From: Isurus oxyrinchus
Taxonomy: Eukaryota
Direction: 5' to 3'
DNA length: 64,000 bases
Assembly: GCA_026770705.1 (NCBI GenBank)
Contig: JANJGN010000052.1
Location: 1,984,001 to 2,048,000 of the forward strand
The stretch's first letter is position 1. Each line of letters starts with the position of its first letter. Shown one piece after another: positions 1 through 13,329 of the stretch. The notes under the pieces are model-generated. The model saw only the letters and a list, made by a program, of their open reading frames with translations, ran no database searches and was not told where the DNA came from. The position numbers were made by a program, and so were the translations under genes.

Positions 1-237
1 GAGAAGGATGTTTCCAACAGGGAGGGACAATTCTGAAGGAGGATGTTCAAATTGAAACCCACAGACAATCATCCTGGATAGATCATTCCAAAGAAATTCC
101 ATCAGATTGTAACAAGAGGTTTAAATCTATTTCCTGGGAGTGAGTTCCTGTGGATATTAGGAAGGTAAATTGGAGTTTTGAATGATTCTCCCGTTCTGTA
201 TTCTCCCCACACTGTGTGTGTCTCATTCTTGCTCAGT

Positions 238-354
238 TTATAAATTCCCATAAACAGAATCCTTGGCAAAAGTACAGTTTGCGTAAAGATCATCATCTGT
301 ATCAGGATTGACTCCGCGGTTAGATTTCATTTCCAGAACCTTTTCATCTTTCTT
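238..354 (-). CDS. Orphan terminal cytoplasmic exon of an immune receptor (KKDEKVLEMKSNRGVNPDTDDDLYANCTFAKDSVYGNL*)
   Basis: Minus-strand acceptor tttctgtttctattacag, 117 nt open in phase 0 to TAA; acidic run before YANC and C-terminal SVYGNL (SxYxxL ITIM-like, both also YxN). No adjacent upstream exons found. Confidence 0.65.
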   Translation of the reverse strand, partial: KKDEKVLEMKSNRGVNPDTDDDLYANCTFAKDSVYGNL

Positions 355-463
355 CTGTAATAGAAACAGAAATGATCAGAGTGACATTCAGAGTGATCAG
401 TGTTTAGTATTATTGATCCAAATCGAAAATTCCACCCACAATACATACATTAATTATTGATAC

Positions 464-3400
464 TGTTGGATGCTGGTCACGAGTTTGTTGGGACTTATGG
501 ATCCAGGCTTGTTTTGGAGAGGCTGAGTAGGTACAATAGACAGAGTAGATCAGCAGACAGTTCTTAGATGAAACACATTCTGCTTATTTACAAAGGAACT
601 CAGCAGCTACACTTGTGTGCTTTCAACTCAAACCCTGTCTCCGCATTACAGGCACTAACCAAAGGTGACCGACTACTGAGGTACCTGCTCCACTCGGCTG
701 TTGGACACTGATATAAGAGTTAAACAGGGACTTCTATTAGTGAAAACCAAAGGTCAGCAGAATTCTCCAGGTGAATCTTGTGCACCATGGGGCTGACATC
801 AGCAGAACTCTCCAGAAAGGCCTTGAAGATCACGAGGGATTAACTCGAGAACAGACATAAAGAGATTCTGAGGGTAAACAGATAAGGTAAAGGCAAACAG
901 CACCAGGCTAGAACGAGATAAACAGTTCTTGCTTGGGTAAGGAGCAGATATGTACCTGGGACTGGGAACATCTGCTTATTATGTGATTATGTACTGACAA
1001 GATTTGAATTTAAATAACCCAATGTGTACGTGACTAACTCTGTGAACAAAAAAGATGGTTTCCCTGTAATGGGTAGAGTTCTGTTTTTAGCCAGGCCTGA
1101 GGTTGATTCTGAGAACACACCACAACACTGAGCTCATGTTATCTTCCATTGTAACCTTCTTCTTAAAGGTACATCACACATCAGATTACCACCACCCTCC
1201 CCCTTTACTCAGAAACACATTTTACACTTACTTTTACCATTTTCTCAAAGTATCAGATGATTTACACAGATCAGTAATTTACAAATTCAGTCTTTCTGGG
1301 GGGTTTCCTTATGCGTCTGGAACGTCTCAGATCCACAGCTTCAGATGCTTTGTCAGGAGTCTCCTTTTCTGATGTTGTCCCAACACCAGCTTCTTCGGTG
1401 GACACCTGCAAACCTGTTTCCTCAACTCTTGCAGGTACAACGGACCCTTCAGACACATCTGTTCTCAGCTGAGTTCTTTCAACAGGAGACATAGACGCAG
1501 CCGTGAAGACTGGTGGGATTGTTTCTTGGTACTTTGTTTCTCTCCTCCTTATATGACCCACATGTCTCCATATGACTCGGTCTTCCACTTTCACATGGTG
1601 AGAAAGAGTTCCAATCGCTGCATTTATTTCACCCGGTGACCACTTTGGCCGTTCTCTAAAATCCTTCACATATACCGTCTCTCCTACGGTCAGCTTCCTG
1701 TCATGACTATGCCAGTCATGTCCAGTTTCCTGTCTTCCTGGACTCCTTTCCACCTTCCCGCTGACATTTAGCATGACTGATGTTGCAAATGTGACGTGAG
1801 AAAAAACTTTATCACACAACTAAGTTTTGGGCCTGGAATGCACGGCCTGGAAGTGTTGTGGAGGCAGGTTCAATCGAGGCATTCAGGAGGGCATTAGATG
1901 GTTATTTGGATAGAGAAAAGGTGCAGGGGCATGGGGAAAGGCAGGGCAATGACACTAGGTCATGATGCTCATTTGGAGAGCTGGGATAGACACGATGGGC
2001 TGAATGGCCTCCTGCTGTGCCATTAAGACTCTGTGATCCTGCAGAGGAGACTCTGAAAGGCAAACCGGTTTATTGATACAACCCTTTGTGTGTATTAATT
2101 GTGACAAACTTCTGGGAGGCCTTCTCGAACTCCAATTGTTGATAAGCATGGCTCATATCAGCTCCGTGTAGGCCGTTCCAGTCAATTCTTGTCATCTCCA
2201 CAAATTCAAACACTTTGGCCAGGCTCAGGTCCAGGGACTATTGGTGCTGCCCATTCTGAGGACTGCACAGATTGTATCACTCCCAGTTTCTAGAACCTGC
2301 CCAATTCAGCATCTGCCTTTTCCCACATTGCATAAGGTACTGGTCGTGCCTTCATAAATCAGAGGGGTAGAGTCTGGATCCACATGAATTTTTGCTTGCA
2401 GCCCCTGGATCTCCCCGAGTTCATCTTGGAAAACTGAGATGTATTTTTGTAGTAGCTCAGGTAGCCCACTGGCTCTCAGTTGGAAGATCTCAGACCAATC
2501 CAGCTTAATATCTTTCAGCCAGTTTCGTCCAAGGAGGCTTGGTCCCTCACCAGCTCCCATCATCAAGGGTCATTTTACTGATTGACTTCCATACTGTATA
2601 ACAACCCTGCTTATGTCTTTGGCTTGAATGTCTTCTCCCGTGTGAGTTTTCAATTAGTCATCTGTTTCTTCCAAATTTAATTGACTTTCCCCATGATTCC
2701 AGTATTTGAAAGTATGCTCCCCAATTAGCGTAATGTTAGCTCCTGTGTCCACCCCCATTCTGAGAGCTCTATCATTCACCCTCACTGTTACATAGATTGG
2801 CTCTGTTCTTCCTACCTTTAAATTATACAATGAATAACTATCTGAATCTGTTACTTCAGGCTCTTCTATGTTATGGATCTCACAGGGTTTTCTCTCTTGG
2901 TTGAAACTCTGCCTGATTCTATCCTTGCAATCTCTCATGGGCTCTCTGTTTCGATGACAGTAAAAACAATTGATTTTTTTAAAGTTCCATTCACTACGAG
3001 GTTGTCTGCTTCACCTCTGTTCACATTATTCCATGTTTTCTCTGCTAAGTCATTCCTTTTTATTTGCTGCTAGTGGTGGAGGTTTCCCGTTTCTCATCAG
3101 AGCTGTACATTTTCCCGCACTTCTTGGCTGAGGCTCCTCACCCAACATGAGGACGGTGACATTTTGCACTATCCATATGTTTTTCGAGTCCCTCACTGCT
3201 CTTTCCATAGCCAGCACTATTCCCAGCACCTTCTGAATATCCAAATCTGTTTCAGACAGTAATCTCTTCTGAATCGCATCTTCATTTATACTGCACACCA
3301 GTTGATCTCTCAGCATATTATTTATAGATTTACCAAACTCACAATGTCCTATTAACTCTTTCAGACTTTCCACATAACATGCAGCTGCCTCCCCTGGGAC

Positions 3401-3825
3401 TCTATTTCTTGAGTTAAATTTGGACCGTTGCATCGTTACCGAGGGCTGGGGCTGGGAAGGAATCTTCACAAGGTTCACTATATCATCTAAACTTTTTGAA
3501 TCCATGGCACCGGGTGACATTAAAGTTCGCATCAATCCCTAAATCTTACTCCCACACGTGGATAAGAGGGTCGCTCGCCTCTTCTCCTCCCCATCAATGT
3601 CATTCACTTGGAAAAAGAACGCGAGGAGTTCACCATAATGAGACCAATCGCCCACCGTTGGGTCGAAAGGATCAACTCTTCCAAACTGCAGCATTCTTCG
3701 AGGGGACTGCTTCGGTTATTAGGATGGAAATTATATTTATAATCGTTGCGTGAGGCACAGCCGGATTTCGGTTCCCTTGCTCTCATTCCTTGCTTTTTCT
3801 TCCTTGTTATTCACCTCATCGCCAG
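464..3825 (-). mobile_element. Degenerate Ty3/Gypsy LTR retrotransposon (gag, protease, RT and integrase-end fragments, probable 3' LTR about 464-1190)
   Basis: ORF 3050-3535 gag (MLRDQLVCSINEDAIQKRLL), 2654-2938 protease (VDTGA), 2306-2566 (GPSLLGRNW), 1271-1819 integrase C-terminus (LRRSRRIRKPP); PBS-like TGGCGATGAGG near 3814-3824 and purine tract near 1195-1206. Confidence 0.85.
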
Positions 3826-3859
3826 TTTATTCAACCCTTGTCACTACTTTAGTTTGCAT

Positions 3860-4160
3860 TCCCTCGGTACTGAGCCTGCGACAGTGCAGCATTCCCTGGG
3901 TACGGACCCTCCGACTGTGCAGTGGTCCCTTAGTCATGAGCCCCTGATAGTGCAGCAGCCCCTAAGTACTGATGCTCGAAAAGTGTAGCGCTCCCTCAGC
4001 ATTGACCATCTGACAGTGCAGCACTCCTTCAGCACTGGCACACCCAGAGTGCAACACTCGCAGTACAGACCCTCCGACAGTGCAGCACTAAGTCAGTGCT
4101 GACCGTCCAACAGTGCAGCACTCCCTCAGCACTGACCCTCCGACTGTGCAGGACTCTCAG
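3860..4160. repeat. 33-bp minisatellite (cagtactgaccctctgacagtgcagcactccct), degenerate
   Basis: Same unit recurs at 22405-22750, 29510-29805, 31815-32090, 43215-43640, 45050-45410, 51030-51370, 58550-58845, 60880-60990. Confidence 0.85.
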
Positions 4161-4377
4161 TCCTGACACCGAGTGCCGGTCTGAATTTTGCCAAATGAAT
4201 TTCGAACTGACGACCTTCTCACTCAGAGAGAGAGAGGGTTCGAAATCCAGTGACACACAGGAGAAATTCCTGGTCAATGACTTTCCACTTTTGAGCAGAA
4301 ATATCATTACAAGTCCAGAACGCCAAGGGTTAACAGCTTCAAAAAACTCAAAACACGAGCTGTTCTGTCACTTTGAT

Positions 4378-4520
4378 CCAACTTCCTCATTTTGTCTCAC
4401 AGAGACACATCAACCCTTTCTAATTAAATACACAGAGGGAGCAGCACAGGAAGAGGTCATTCAGCCCAGGCAGAGCGTGTGGGCAGTTCCTCCCCAGGCG
4501 AGCAGTCGGACAGGTCCTGG
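4378..4520 (+). promoter_or_regulatory. Putative promoter and non-coding first exon of Siglec-like gene A
   Basis: PU.1/ETS-type site acttcctcattt at 4381-4392 (reverse AAATGAGGAAGT), further GGAA core near 4449, strong donor ctgg|gtaagt at 4520/4521 upstream of the leader-exon acceptor at 4930. Confidence 0.5.
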
Positions 4521-4970
4521 GTAAGTAATGGAACGATTGGAATTCACTTCCACGACCAACACAGTCCTTTGTTGATGTTGTGACTTTATAAAGACAAATT
4601 CCAATGATTGATGCCTTTGAAAGATTTCTACTGATTATTGAGATCTGGGTGTGAGGCTCAAGTCTGTTGTACAGAACATCTTTCTAGCTCAAGGGATGAG
4701 GGAAGTGCAGGGACATGAGCTTTGGGACATCCTGAGGTGCTGAAATACGATATAGAAATGCAAGTCCTTCATTGATTTATTTTTTTAAAGCTTTTTAACT
4801 CTCTGCAGAGCACCTATCATCCAACAGAGAACCAAATTAGTCTGTGTAGACAATGTGTAAAAGCAGTTCTGATCTCTCGAGAGCTGTCGGACAAGAGGTG
4901 AGGTCTCATTAACTCCTTTCTCTTTCACAGTTTGAGAGTCAGAAGCTAAAGGAATATCTGGGAGTGGACA

Positions 4971-5010
4971 ATGATCGGGAAATCCTACTTCCTCCTGTCA
5001 CTTCTCCAAG
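4971..5010 (+). CDS. Gene A leader exon (MIGKSYFLLSLLQ, phase 1); exon 4931-5010
   Basis: Acceptor ctttcacag (4930), ATG 4971, donor caag|gtaata; joined to V1 gives signal peptide MIGKSYFLLSLLQVGLSQ. Confidence 0.85.
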
Positions 5011-6049
5011 GTAATATCATCGTCAACTTGGACAGACTTATGGCTAATAGTCTTTGTAAAAGATCATTCTTATTGAGCTGTGATAGGGAACTGATTCAGC
5101 AGTGAGCCAGTGTACAAACTCACACCAAGTCCCATTCACCCATCACCCCTGTGCTCACTGATATACACTGACTCCCTGTCTGACAGCAGAACTGCAGGAC
5201 AGCAGAGACCTCAAAGGGTTTCAGGGCTGGAGGAGGTGACAGTGATAGGGAGTGGAGAGGGAGGATGGAGGGATAAGGAATCAATGAAGAGATTTTGAAA
5301 ATTGAGTCATTGCTGGACTGGGAGCCAGTGTAGGTCAGCGAGTGACAGGGGAGCGATCGGCTGAATAGAGAAGCAGGGATAAAAACTGGGGGATGAAGTC
5401 TATCCTGATGCAAGCACTCCGATATCAATGCCCTGAAATGTTTCTCTCTTGCTGATTTTCATCAGAATTTCCCATGAAGACAACACAGAAGCTCTTAGAT
5501 TAGACAGGCAGTTCAGCGTCACACTTCCTGTCCATTCTCACCATGCTAGAAAATTCGATAAGATAGCAAGATAACTGATAGAGAGAAGGGAGGCAAAGCT
5601 GTCTGTATGTAAAACTGTCAAATATTCTGAGTTATCATGATTGTTTCTGATCTGCTGCAGAGTTTATATTTCATTGAAACTTATCACTTTGCAGCTCAGA
5701 GAGAGACCATTGACTCACTGCCTGAAAGGGCGGTGGAAGCAGATTCAACAGGAACTTTCAGAAGGGGAACTGGATAAATACTTGAAGGGGAAATTTTGCA
5801 GGGTTGTGGAGGAAAGAGCAGAGGTGAGAGTGGGAATAATTGGACAGATCTTTCAACGGCCCAGCACAGGCTCGATGGGCCAAATGTCTTCCTTCTGTTC
5901 CGGATCATTCTACAATCCGATAAATTAAGTCCCTTTTCAATAACTCTCCAGGCTCCTGCTGCAGGAATGGATCTTTCAGAAGGGCAGGGAGCAAGCGGTT
6001 TCTCATATCATGTTCATATTTATTGACAATTACATAAGTGCATGGAACT

Positions 6050-9000
6050 GTTGAATATTTGAGTCTCTAAAGTGTGGATTTAACCTTCTGGTACACCCAG
6101 ATCTTGTGCTGGTTACCTTGTCTGGAGGTGTCTTTAACTGCTCACAGTGATCTGTGGGATTGTCACCCTTGGATGTTGTTCCTGATTTCATGTGGGATCT
6201 TCTCCTCGATGGAATAGGAGCGGGAATGGATCTGATTTATCCTCAGTTCCGCCTCACCGCTGTGCCCTTGTGTGTTTGACTCCATAGGCCCTTGGTTCTG
6301 AACAAATCCTTGTCACCTCGGCTGGTGATCATGAACCTTCTGTGGGATCCTGGATGTGAACTTGTCCCAACTGTAAACTTGGCAACTGTGCACCTCCATT
6401 TTTATCATGAACATTCCTTATCTTCTCTTGTAGTTTTAAAAGTTGCCCTCTGGTTTCTGAGAGAGTAGAATGGGTAAGAATAGCGAAATTGGTCACTACT
6501 GGCCCACCAAACATGATCTCTGTCAGTGATGCAATAAGGTGAGGTGATGGTGTAGTGGTATTGTTGCTGGACGAGTAATTCAGAGACCCAGGGTAATGTC
6601 CTGAAAATATGAGTTCAAATCCTGTCATAATAGATGATGGAATTTGAATTTAATAAAAAGATGAAATTCAAAGTCTAGTGATGACCACAAAACCATTGTT
6701 GGAAATCCCACCTGGTTCACCAGTGCCCTTTAGGGAACAAAATTGCCTGGCCGACATGTGACTCCAGACTCCACGTCAATGTGGTTGACTCTTACATTAG
6801 GGATGGGTAATAAATCCTGGCCTGACCAGTGACTCCCACATCCCATGAATGAATTTAACAAAGTTGCAGTTGTAGGTGTTGATCTCAGATGTAACATTGC
6901 AATGTGTGGATCTTGCTTGGTCTGTCTACATTTGAGAATTAGGGATTTCACTGGTGTGAATCATTCATTCAGCTAGGCCGTTAGATCTGGGGTAATGAGG
7001 AGAAGAAGTTGTGTGATTGATATTCCAGATTATATGTACTCATGTCCCTAGGCTCACCAAATAAACTGAAAATAGTGCTTAGAATGTGTGCACCAGTAGT
7101 GCTCGGTGTGTTGTGTTATTTTTGAATAACGGGATATCTGGTAAAGCTGTCGACGATGACGATGAAGTCAGTGACATGGACATGAAAGGATTCAGATGTG
7201 AATTTGGACTAAGAATAGGCAGGAATTTCCTGTGGAATCAGTGGTTCTTTGTGTTGACTTGGCTCATCCTCTTGACAAGCCTCGAACTTCCCTACAACGA
7301 CTTCAAGGTCATTGTTCATACCCGGCCAGTGACTGTATCTCTTGTGAGTCTCCCTGTCTGATCTGTGCCCATGTGTGAGGGATGAAGTTGTTGAAGAATA
7401 TATCATCACAAAGGTTCTGGTATGATGCGATGCCTGCCATTAAAAATGACTCCCTGGGAGATGCCTCACTTATCCTGATGACATCAAGTTGAATCAGCCA
7501 CCCTTTCAATGATATTTCCACAGTTCCTGTAGAATTTTTCACTGTTCCCTCTTGTAGCTGCTGGCATTTCTGTTGTGCTAAATGTACTGGATCAATTGAC
7601 AGACTTGCATTCTCCTGCAGGTGTAATGTTGCAGCTCCCTTGAAACTACAAATACTGTTGAAACTTTCTGCATATTTCAATGTTATGTCCATGAACTGAG
7701 TTGATGGGGTAGTTTCTGAGGTTGACCCATGTCAGGTCTGACAGATTCCATGGATAGTCACTAGTGTGAGGTCACCGCATGCCGGTAGACTTGCAATTGC
7801 TCAGCCTTTAGTCTCCACAATGTAGAACATCTGTGACACCCAGGAGGATTGATTGTACTTGCACCCCAGGACTATGTATTCCGCACATGGAGTTGGTGAA
7901 GTGTTGTACACAGCAGTAGGTTTCCCCATGGACTTCCATGTCCTTGGATATATGTCTTTGAAAATTTGCTGGGGTGGGCTGGGGGAGGGGAATGTTGGCA
8001 CTTGCCCTTGTGTCACTCTTGGCCAATAAAGGGGAGGTAGCCACTTTCTCAGGGCAGATAATTGGAATCTTGGCCAATAGTGCGGGTGATGTGACAGCAT
8101 CTGTTCTCCGTGAGATCGATGGTGTAAAAGGTGTGAAATTGTTCAACAATTGCACAAAACGTTGAGCACAAATGTTGCACAAACTCTAAGCCGGGGTTTT
8201 CCGGCCCGGTCATGGTGGGACCTGCCTTGGGAGATTGGGACAAATATAAATCCATTGGCTTTCGGCCGGACCGGACAATCCTGGCAGTGGGTGGGGCCAG
8301 AAAATCCTACCACTATGGGACATTTTCAGTTTATTTGATGTGCCCAGAGAGATCACTAAGGACAACAATCCACAATTTATTGACAAGCCACGACAGGATA
8401 TGTGTGAGAGGTGGAATATCGATCACCGCACCTCGTCTCGCCGTGCACATCATCGCCATTTCCTGGTTTGTCAGTCACCACATGTATATGTTCCTGATGG
8501 GATAGCGGATGGTCATTCTTATTGATTGAAGGTTCCCCGTTGTGTAGGGTCTGTTTGGATCAGCGCACGGCTCTTTGCAGCTGCATCAGCCTTTGCTCTA
8601 GTGCTCTGCCGCTGTCACTGGCCCTTTCTGCCACAAGCCTTGCAGGATTGGTGGAAAGCTGGGCATTTCCTTGGTGCCTGCAGAAGGCCACACCTTCCAC
8701 ACGTCTCACTAGGTTTGGATGTTCTAGTGAGTGTGTCAACAATTGATGTTGTACTGAGGACCTGTAAGCTTCGTTGACCTGCGAGGATCACTTCGTATTT
8801 ATGTCCATCCTTGAGTAGCTCTTCAATGCTATAGGTTTTGGTCTTATCTAGCAGATCTTTCTGGAAGGCTTCCATGGGAGTGGATGCGATCACCAACTCA
8901 ACAACTGTGTCTGCAGGCTCTGTGTTTGAAATCACAGTGCGTACCCTTTTCTCTACATCGGCTGATGAAGTGGTCTATGGATTGTGTAGGCTGATGAAAT

Positions 9001-9900
9001 GACATAAACTCTAGTTGATGAATATGGAGTTTCACCTGATTCTGAACCTGTCTTCCAATATCGTCCATATCTATTGGGGATCCTTTCGCTCTTCTGCTGT
9101 TAATCCTGACGTGTTCAGCCTGTGTAGACCTTCATTCCCAATCACGAGGTGAATTTTTATGGCTTGTTCGTCTGGTTCAGTCACACCTGAATCAGGAAAC
9201 CAGAGCTCTGTACGCTGTTTAAACATTCTGAATTCAGATAGTCGGTCAGCTACATCCCAGTTCAAACTGGGGAATTTCATGGACATTCTGACAATATTCC
9301 TTTGACCTTCCTTCTCCTACAGGACCTGGGATGAGTGTCGCTTTAGCCCCTTTCGTGCGCTTTTCCGAAGCTCCGCCCACGAAGATGGGTTGTGGCAGGA
9401 ACACACCACGGAGTAATGGAGTCTTTGTTTTTTATTCAATTTGCTGTTCAGCAATCTCGAAGCCGCCCGTTATAATCACTAACTTCTCTGGGCTGATTTT
9501 TATAATGGTTTTTGTGTGTTTGACTCTCCCTCGCTCACTATCGATCCAGCCCACACCCGGGTCCCTCGCCTTCCCTGACTGAGCTAACCCGCTGCTGGTC
9601 CTGGCGATACACACTGTCCCACTCACTGACCTACAGGCCGTGTGCTGTAATCTCACCACGAGGGATCCGTCTGCTCCCCAGCTCATTACTTGAGCTCTTT
9701 CCCGTCACTGTGTCTTCAAAGGTTTCCTGAGCAGTCAGTACACTGCGATTTCAACCCTCTCTGATGCTGTGTCTCTGTTGTGGTCTGACCAAAGCGTCGA
9801 GGGTCGTCTCATGTCATGTAGCTCGATCTCAGGCTGTTCACCATGTCATACCTGTACTGAATCTTGCGGCCAGAATGTTTGGCCACCGCTGATCACCATG
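6050..9900 (-). mobile_element. Second degenerate Gypsy element in gene A intron
   Basis: gag 9071-9286 (FRMFKQRTELWF), zinc knuckle CGRCG...CPAFHQSCKACG (8615-8935), integrase TTSSPHYPRSNGLAE near 6970-7020; PBS-like TGGTGATCAGCGG at about 9886-9899; an integrase-like piece lies on the + strand at 8340-8460. Confidence 0.8.
6540..6857 (+). mobile_element. tRNA-derived SINE nested in Gypsy
   Basis: A-box tggtgtagtgg, B-box gttcaaatcc, tail catcccatgaatgaat; related copies at about 23860-23990, 26215-26540, 35130-35460 (-), 63300-63640 (+). Confidence 0.7.
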
Positions 9901-11410
9901 TTGTGTTTTTATAATGATATAAAGGCACCAGCCACTGATACGGAATTGGGTAAATACATTGTGGGTTCAGTTATTTAGAATGGGGACATGAGAACAGATA
10001 TACAAGGATAGAAAGCTGGGAGACACCTGCAGCCAAACTGTGTGAGCTGTGTTCTGCTCACAGGCCAAAGTGAAACTTGGACTGGATGGTGTTATCATCC
10101 CAGCTGATGTTACTACTGGGCAAGTCAGATCCCAGGGTGGAGCTCAGCTTGACAGGTCCTAACTTTTATTTTTTATTTAGGAATGTGGAGTGCTGCTACT
10201 GAACAGAGTCACAGGAATCATCTGATGACCTTCTAACAAAAGAATAAAACATTTATTAAACTAGGAAAGACAAACTATATTACATTACTCCTTCACCCAG
10301 ACCTATACCTTTACAGATTCATAAGTAGAATACAAGTTACAATAACTATCTTATACTCTCATGTTCACACTAAGTACACAGTTCATGCAAACCAATAGAC
10401 GACCTGGTGTCAGGGACACCACATTCTGTAGCCAAGTGATAGACCCCAATTGGAACAAATGCTATGGGTTTCAGCTCAACTGACTCCAGACACTTGTTTC
10501 ACCATGAGGCAACTGGTCTTACAAAACTGTATCTTTCACATGAGAGTTTCCAATCTCTACTCGTCAAGTGCTCTCTTTGGAATCTTCTCTAACATGACAC
10601 TTTCACTCAGAGACCTTCCACAAGGGTCCACTTCCACGATTTCAAACTCTCCTTCCCATGTTCCTGCCCCCTGGATCGCCACATGCATTCAGCCTTCCTT
10701 CTACGCGTTGTCTCTCCAATGCTCAGTCATGCCAATGGAACACCATGGCTTCACATGGTCATAGTAAGAAGACATCAACATTTAGCTGTCTCCTATGATC
10801 TTCTGGCTTCTAATCAGCCTTTTTTGCTTTAGGTCTGTGTCCTTTTGCTTTTTCTCTTTTAGCTTGGATCCCTCCTCTGCTCCTCAATCTTATCTCGACT
10901 TAACAGGACCTTTTTCAGATTCCTGATCTTCTTTGGAGTAGAAGGTCTTCTTGGGCTCTTTCTCCTGTTCCACTCGATGGTTTTGGCTTCTTCTTTACTT
11001 TGGGACTGACTATCTGTCCCGCTCCTATGCTGCTTCTCCTGGCAACTCCTTTCAACCAAACTGAAAGCACATTTCTGTTTTTCTCTGTCTCTATGGGTCC
11101 GTCCCTCTGGATCACTGTTGCTTAGCAATAGCACAGTTTCTTACACCTTGTGTTTGTTTTGACTTTCCTTCAAGAGACATCAAACCCCATTAGATTGCTA
11201 AATGAAAATGAAACCAAAACTGAAGTTTCCCCCTTTCTTAACACACAAATACAGAAATCAAACTAAACTTGAACTTAAACATATACCTTATCCCTAACAC
11301 ACACAAATACACATAGAACTTACTTAAGCTATACCCAATTCCTAAAATCACATGACACACTTCCCCTCGAGTGATGTCATGCTGCTGTCCCTGAAAGGCA
11401 TATTACAACA
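9900..11410. mobile_element. LTR split by an approximately 1.26-kb LTR-like insertion (about 10090-11346)
   Basis: The flanks ...ttggactggat / cacatgacacacttcc... are contiguous in a related copy at about 50370-50625 (gattggatcacatgacacacttcc). Confidence 0.55.
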
Positions 11411-11411
11411 G

Positions 11412-12337
11412 TGTTATCACTTGGCAGGTGATGTGTGCCAGGCAGACCAAGTCCATGAGAGAAAGATGGTCACATGATCATAATGATTTTGCAATTTGTA
11501 TTTATTATGAGATGTGTGCACTGAATTCAGAAGCAATAATTACATAAAGACCTTTAGCGATTTGAAAATTAAATTAAAATACTTGCTCTCAAAATAAATG
11601 ATTTGAAGCACATACATAACTCTACAATTACCACTATAATAATTCTTAAAATTCTGAATTAAACTGACTCCCAGTTACACTCCCTTTAAGGCAACGGTCC
11701 AAAAATAGACTTTATATTTAAAACAAACCCAGCAAGTTAACACAATATAAAAGCAATACCCTGCACAGAGGAATTCCAAGTGGCTTTTCCCCAACTTCAG
11801 TTCTGTTGGATAGCAGGCTTGTGCACAAATGCTAGAGGTTTCATTAAGACTATATCACACACTCGTGTTAGATCTTACATGGCATTCTGACACATAGCCT
11901 TTCATTCTCCCTGATAGATATATATTTCTCTCTTTGTAACATGAAAATTCTATTGTTCCATATGTTTTTGAAACTGTATATTCCACATAACAAACTCTTT
12001 CGTGGTGCCCATATTGCCAGGAGCCTTTGAGAAAAATAAACACATTCCTTAGTCTTGCTTATCTGGCTAGTTGTAAACAAGCTAAGATTCCTTTGAAATC
12101 CAACAACCCCTTCATTGATAGAAAAATGCAAATTCTCTTCATACCTTCCATGCTAAGCAGCATCCATGTTTCCTCAATAGCATGTCAAGCACCTAGCTCC
12201 TTTTGATCATTTTAAACTTCCAATCTAATTAACTCCAAATGTACTTAAATCACATGCAGACCCATCATGCGTACCCCCATAAACCTACTTCACAATATAC
12301 TATAAAATATTATGAAAATTATTATACTTACATCACA
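11412..12337 (-). mobile_element. Solo LTR, same family as 52373-53267
   Basis: TG...CA termini, flanks acag/atag (4-bp TSD with one mismatch); reverse complement aligns with 52373-53267 (ctgaattcagtgcac, aataaatacaaattgcaaaa). Confidence 0.7.
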
Positions 12338-12740
12338 ATAGGAACCACTGCCTTAGACACTGAGGATCTAGGACAGCTAGGCCAATTCATGATTCATGAT
12401 GGTGATAATGGGGGAATTCTGAAGGCTCCTAATCCATTGTCCTACGTTGTAAATCAGCAGTGAACTCACTTCAATTAGTGTGTCTTGTAGACACTGTGTT
12501 GGGTGGCAGACTGACTTCACTAAATAGGTACCTGAGGGTCATGAGCCAATTTAGAATGAACTTGTCCACTCCTGTGTCCGGAATTCTCTTCAATCTGTTG
12601 TGAAACCTTGGGGCATTCATTGTGTGACCTGTGGATTATCCAGACTGCAGCCTGTGTGCCCCAGTGATGGAGGGGGTGGATATTGAGTCTAGTGGATTGA
12701 GAAAACATTCAGAGTTAAATATTGATATTTCTCTCCCTAG

Positions 12741-13115
12741 TTGGACTATCACAAGTGTGGAAAGGTGACACTCCAGGAGAGGTGACAGCGCAGGAAGGTT
12801 CGTGTGTACAGATTCCATGTAATTACAGTTATCCATCATATTTAGTAGCGAGATCACCAGTCGGAATCTGGTATATGAGAAGGAATTGGGAAAAATGGAA
12901 TGAACGGTCTATAGCCTTTCACTCCAAGGATCATAATCGCGAGTTACCACAGTTCCACCATCGGACCCAGCTGTCTGGAGACCTGAAAGATGGCGACTGT
13001 TCCCTGATTATAAACAACATCAGACGGGAAGATGCAGGATATTATTTATTCAGCCTAGAATTTGACAACAGGAATAGATACAACGACCGTCCTGAAACCC
13101 AGCTTCACGTTTCTG
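12741..13115 (+). CDS. Gene A Siglec V-set exon V1 (essential Arg replaced by Ser)
   Basis: Acceptor ctctccctag, donor tctg|gtaag, 375 nt phase 1-1; Siglec cysteine pattern EGSCVQIPC...DGDCSL; F strand DAGYYLFSLE. Confidence 0.9.
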
Positions 13116-13329
13116 GTAAGTGCTGTGTTATAATTACTCAACAATTCACATCCAACACTCAATTGGAAATAATAGTGTTTGATTTGCTTGTTTTTTGGCC
13201 GTGTTAACCAGCGCCACTATTTTTAATGATTTGTCTATTTCTGCTCCCAGATCCATGAGCTTATTGTGTGTGATTGAATCCACATCATAGCTGTAACATA
13301 AACCGAGCTGAGGGGTGATGACACCTCCC

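Noticed and set aside
102-296. 64-aa minus ORF MMIFTQ...
   Set aside because: Alternative frame over the YxN terminal exon and its 3' UTR.
6540-6625. Possible tRNA gene
   Set aside because: A and B boxes belong to a SINE head; no complete cloverleaf is evident.
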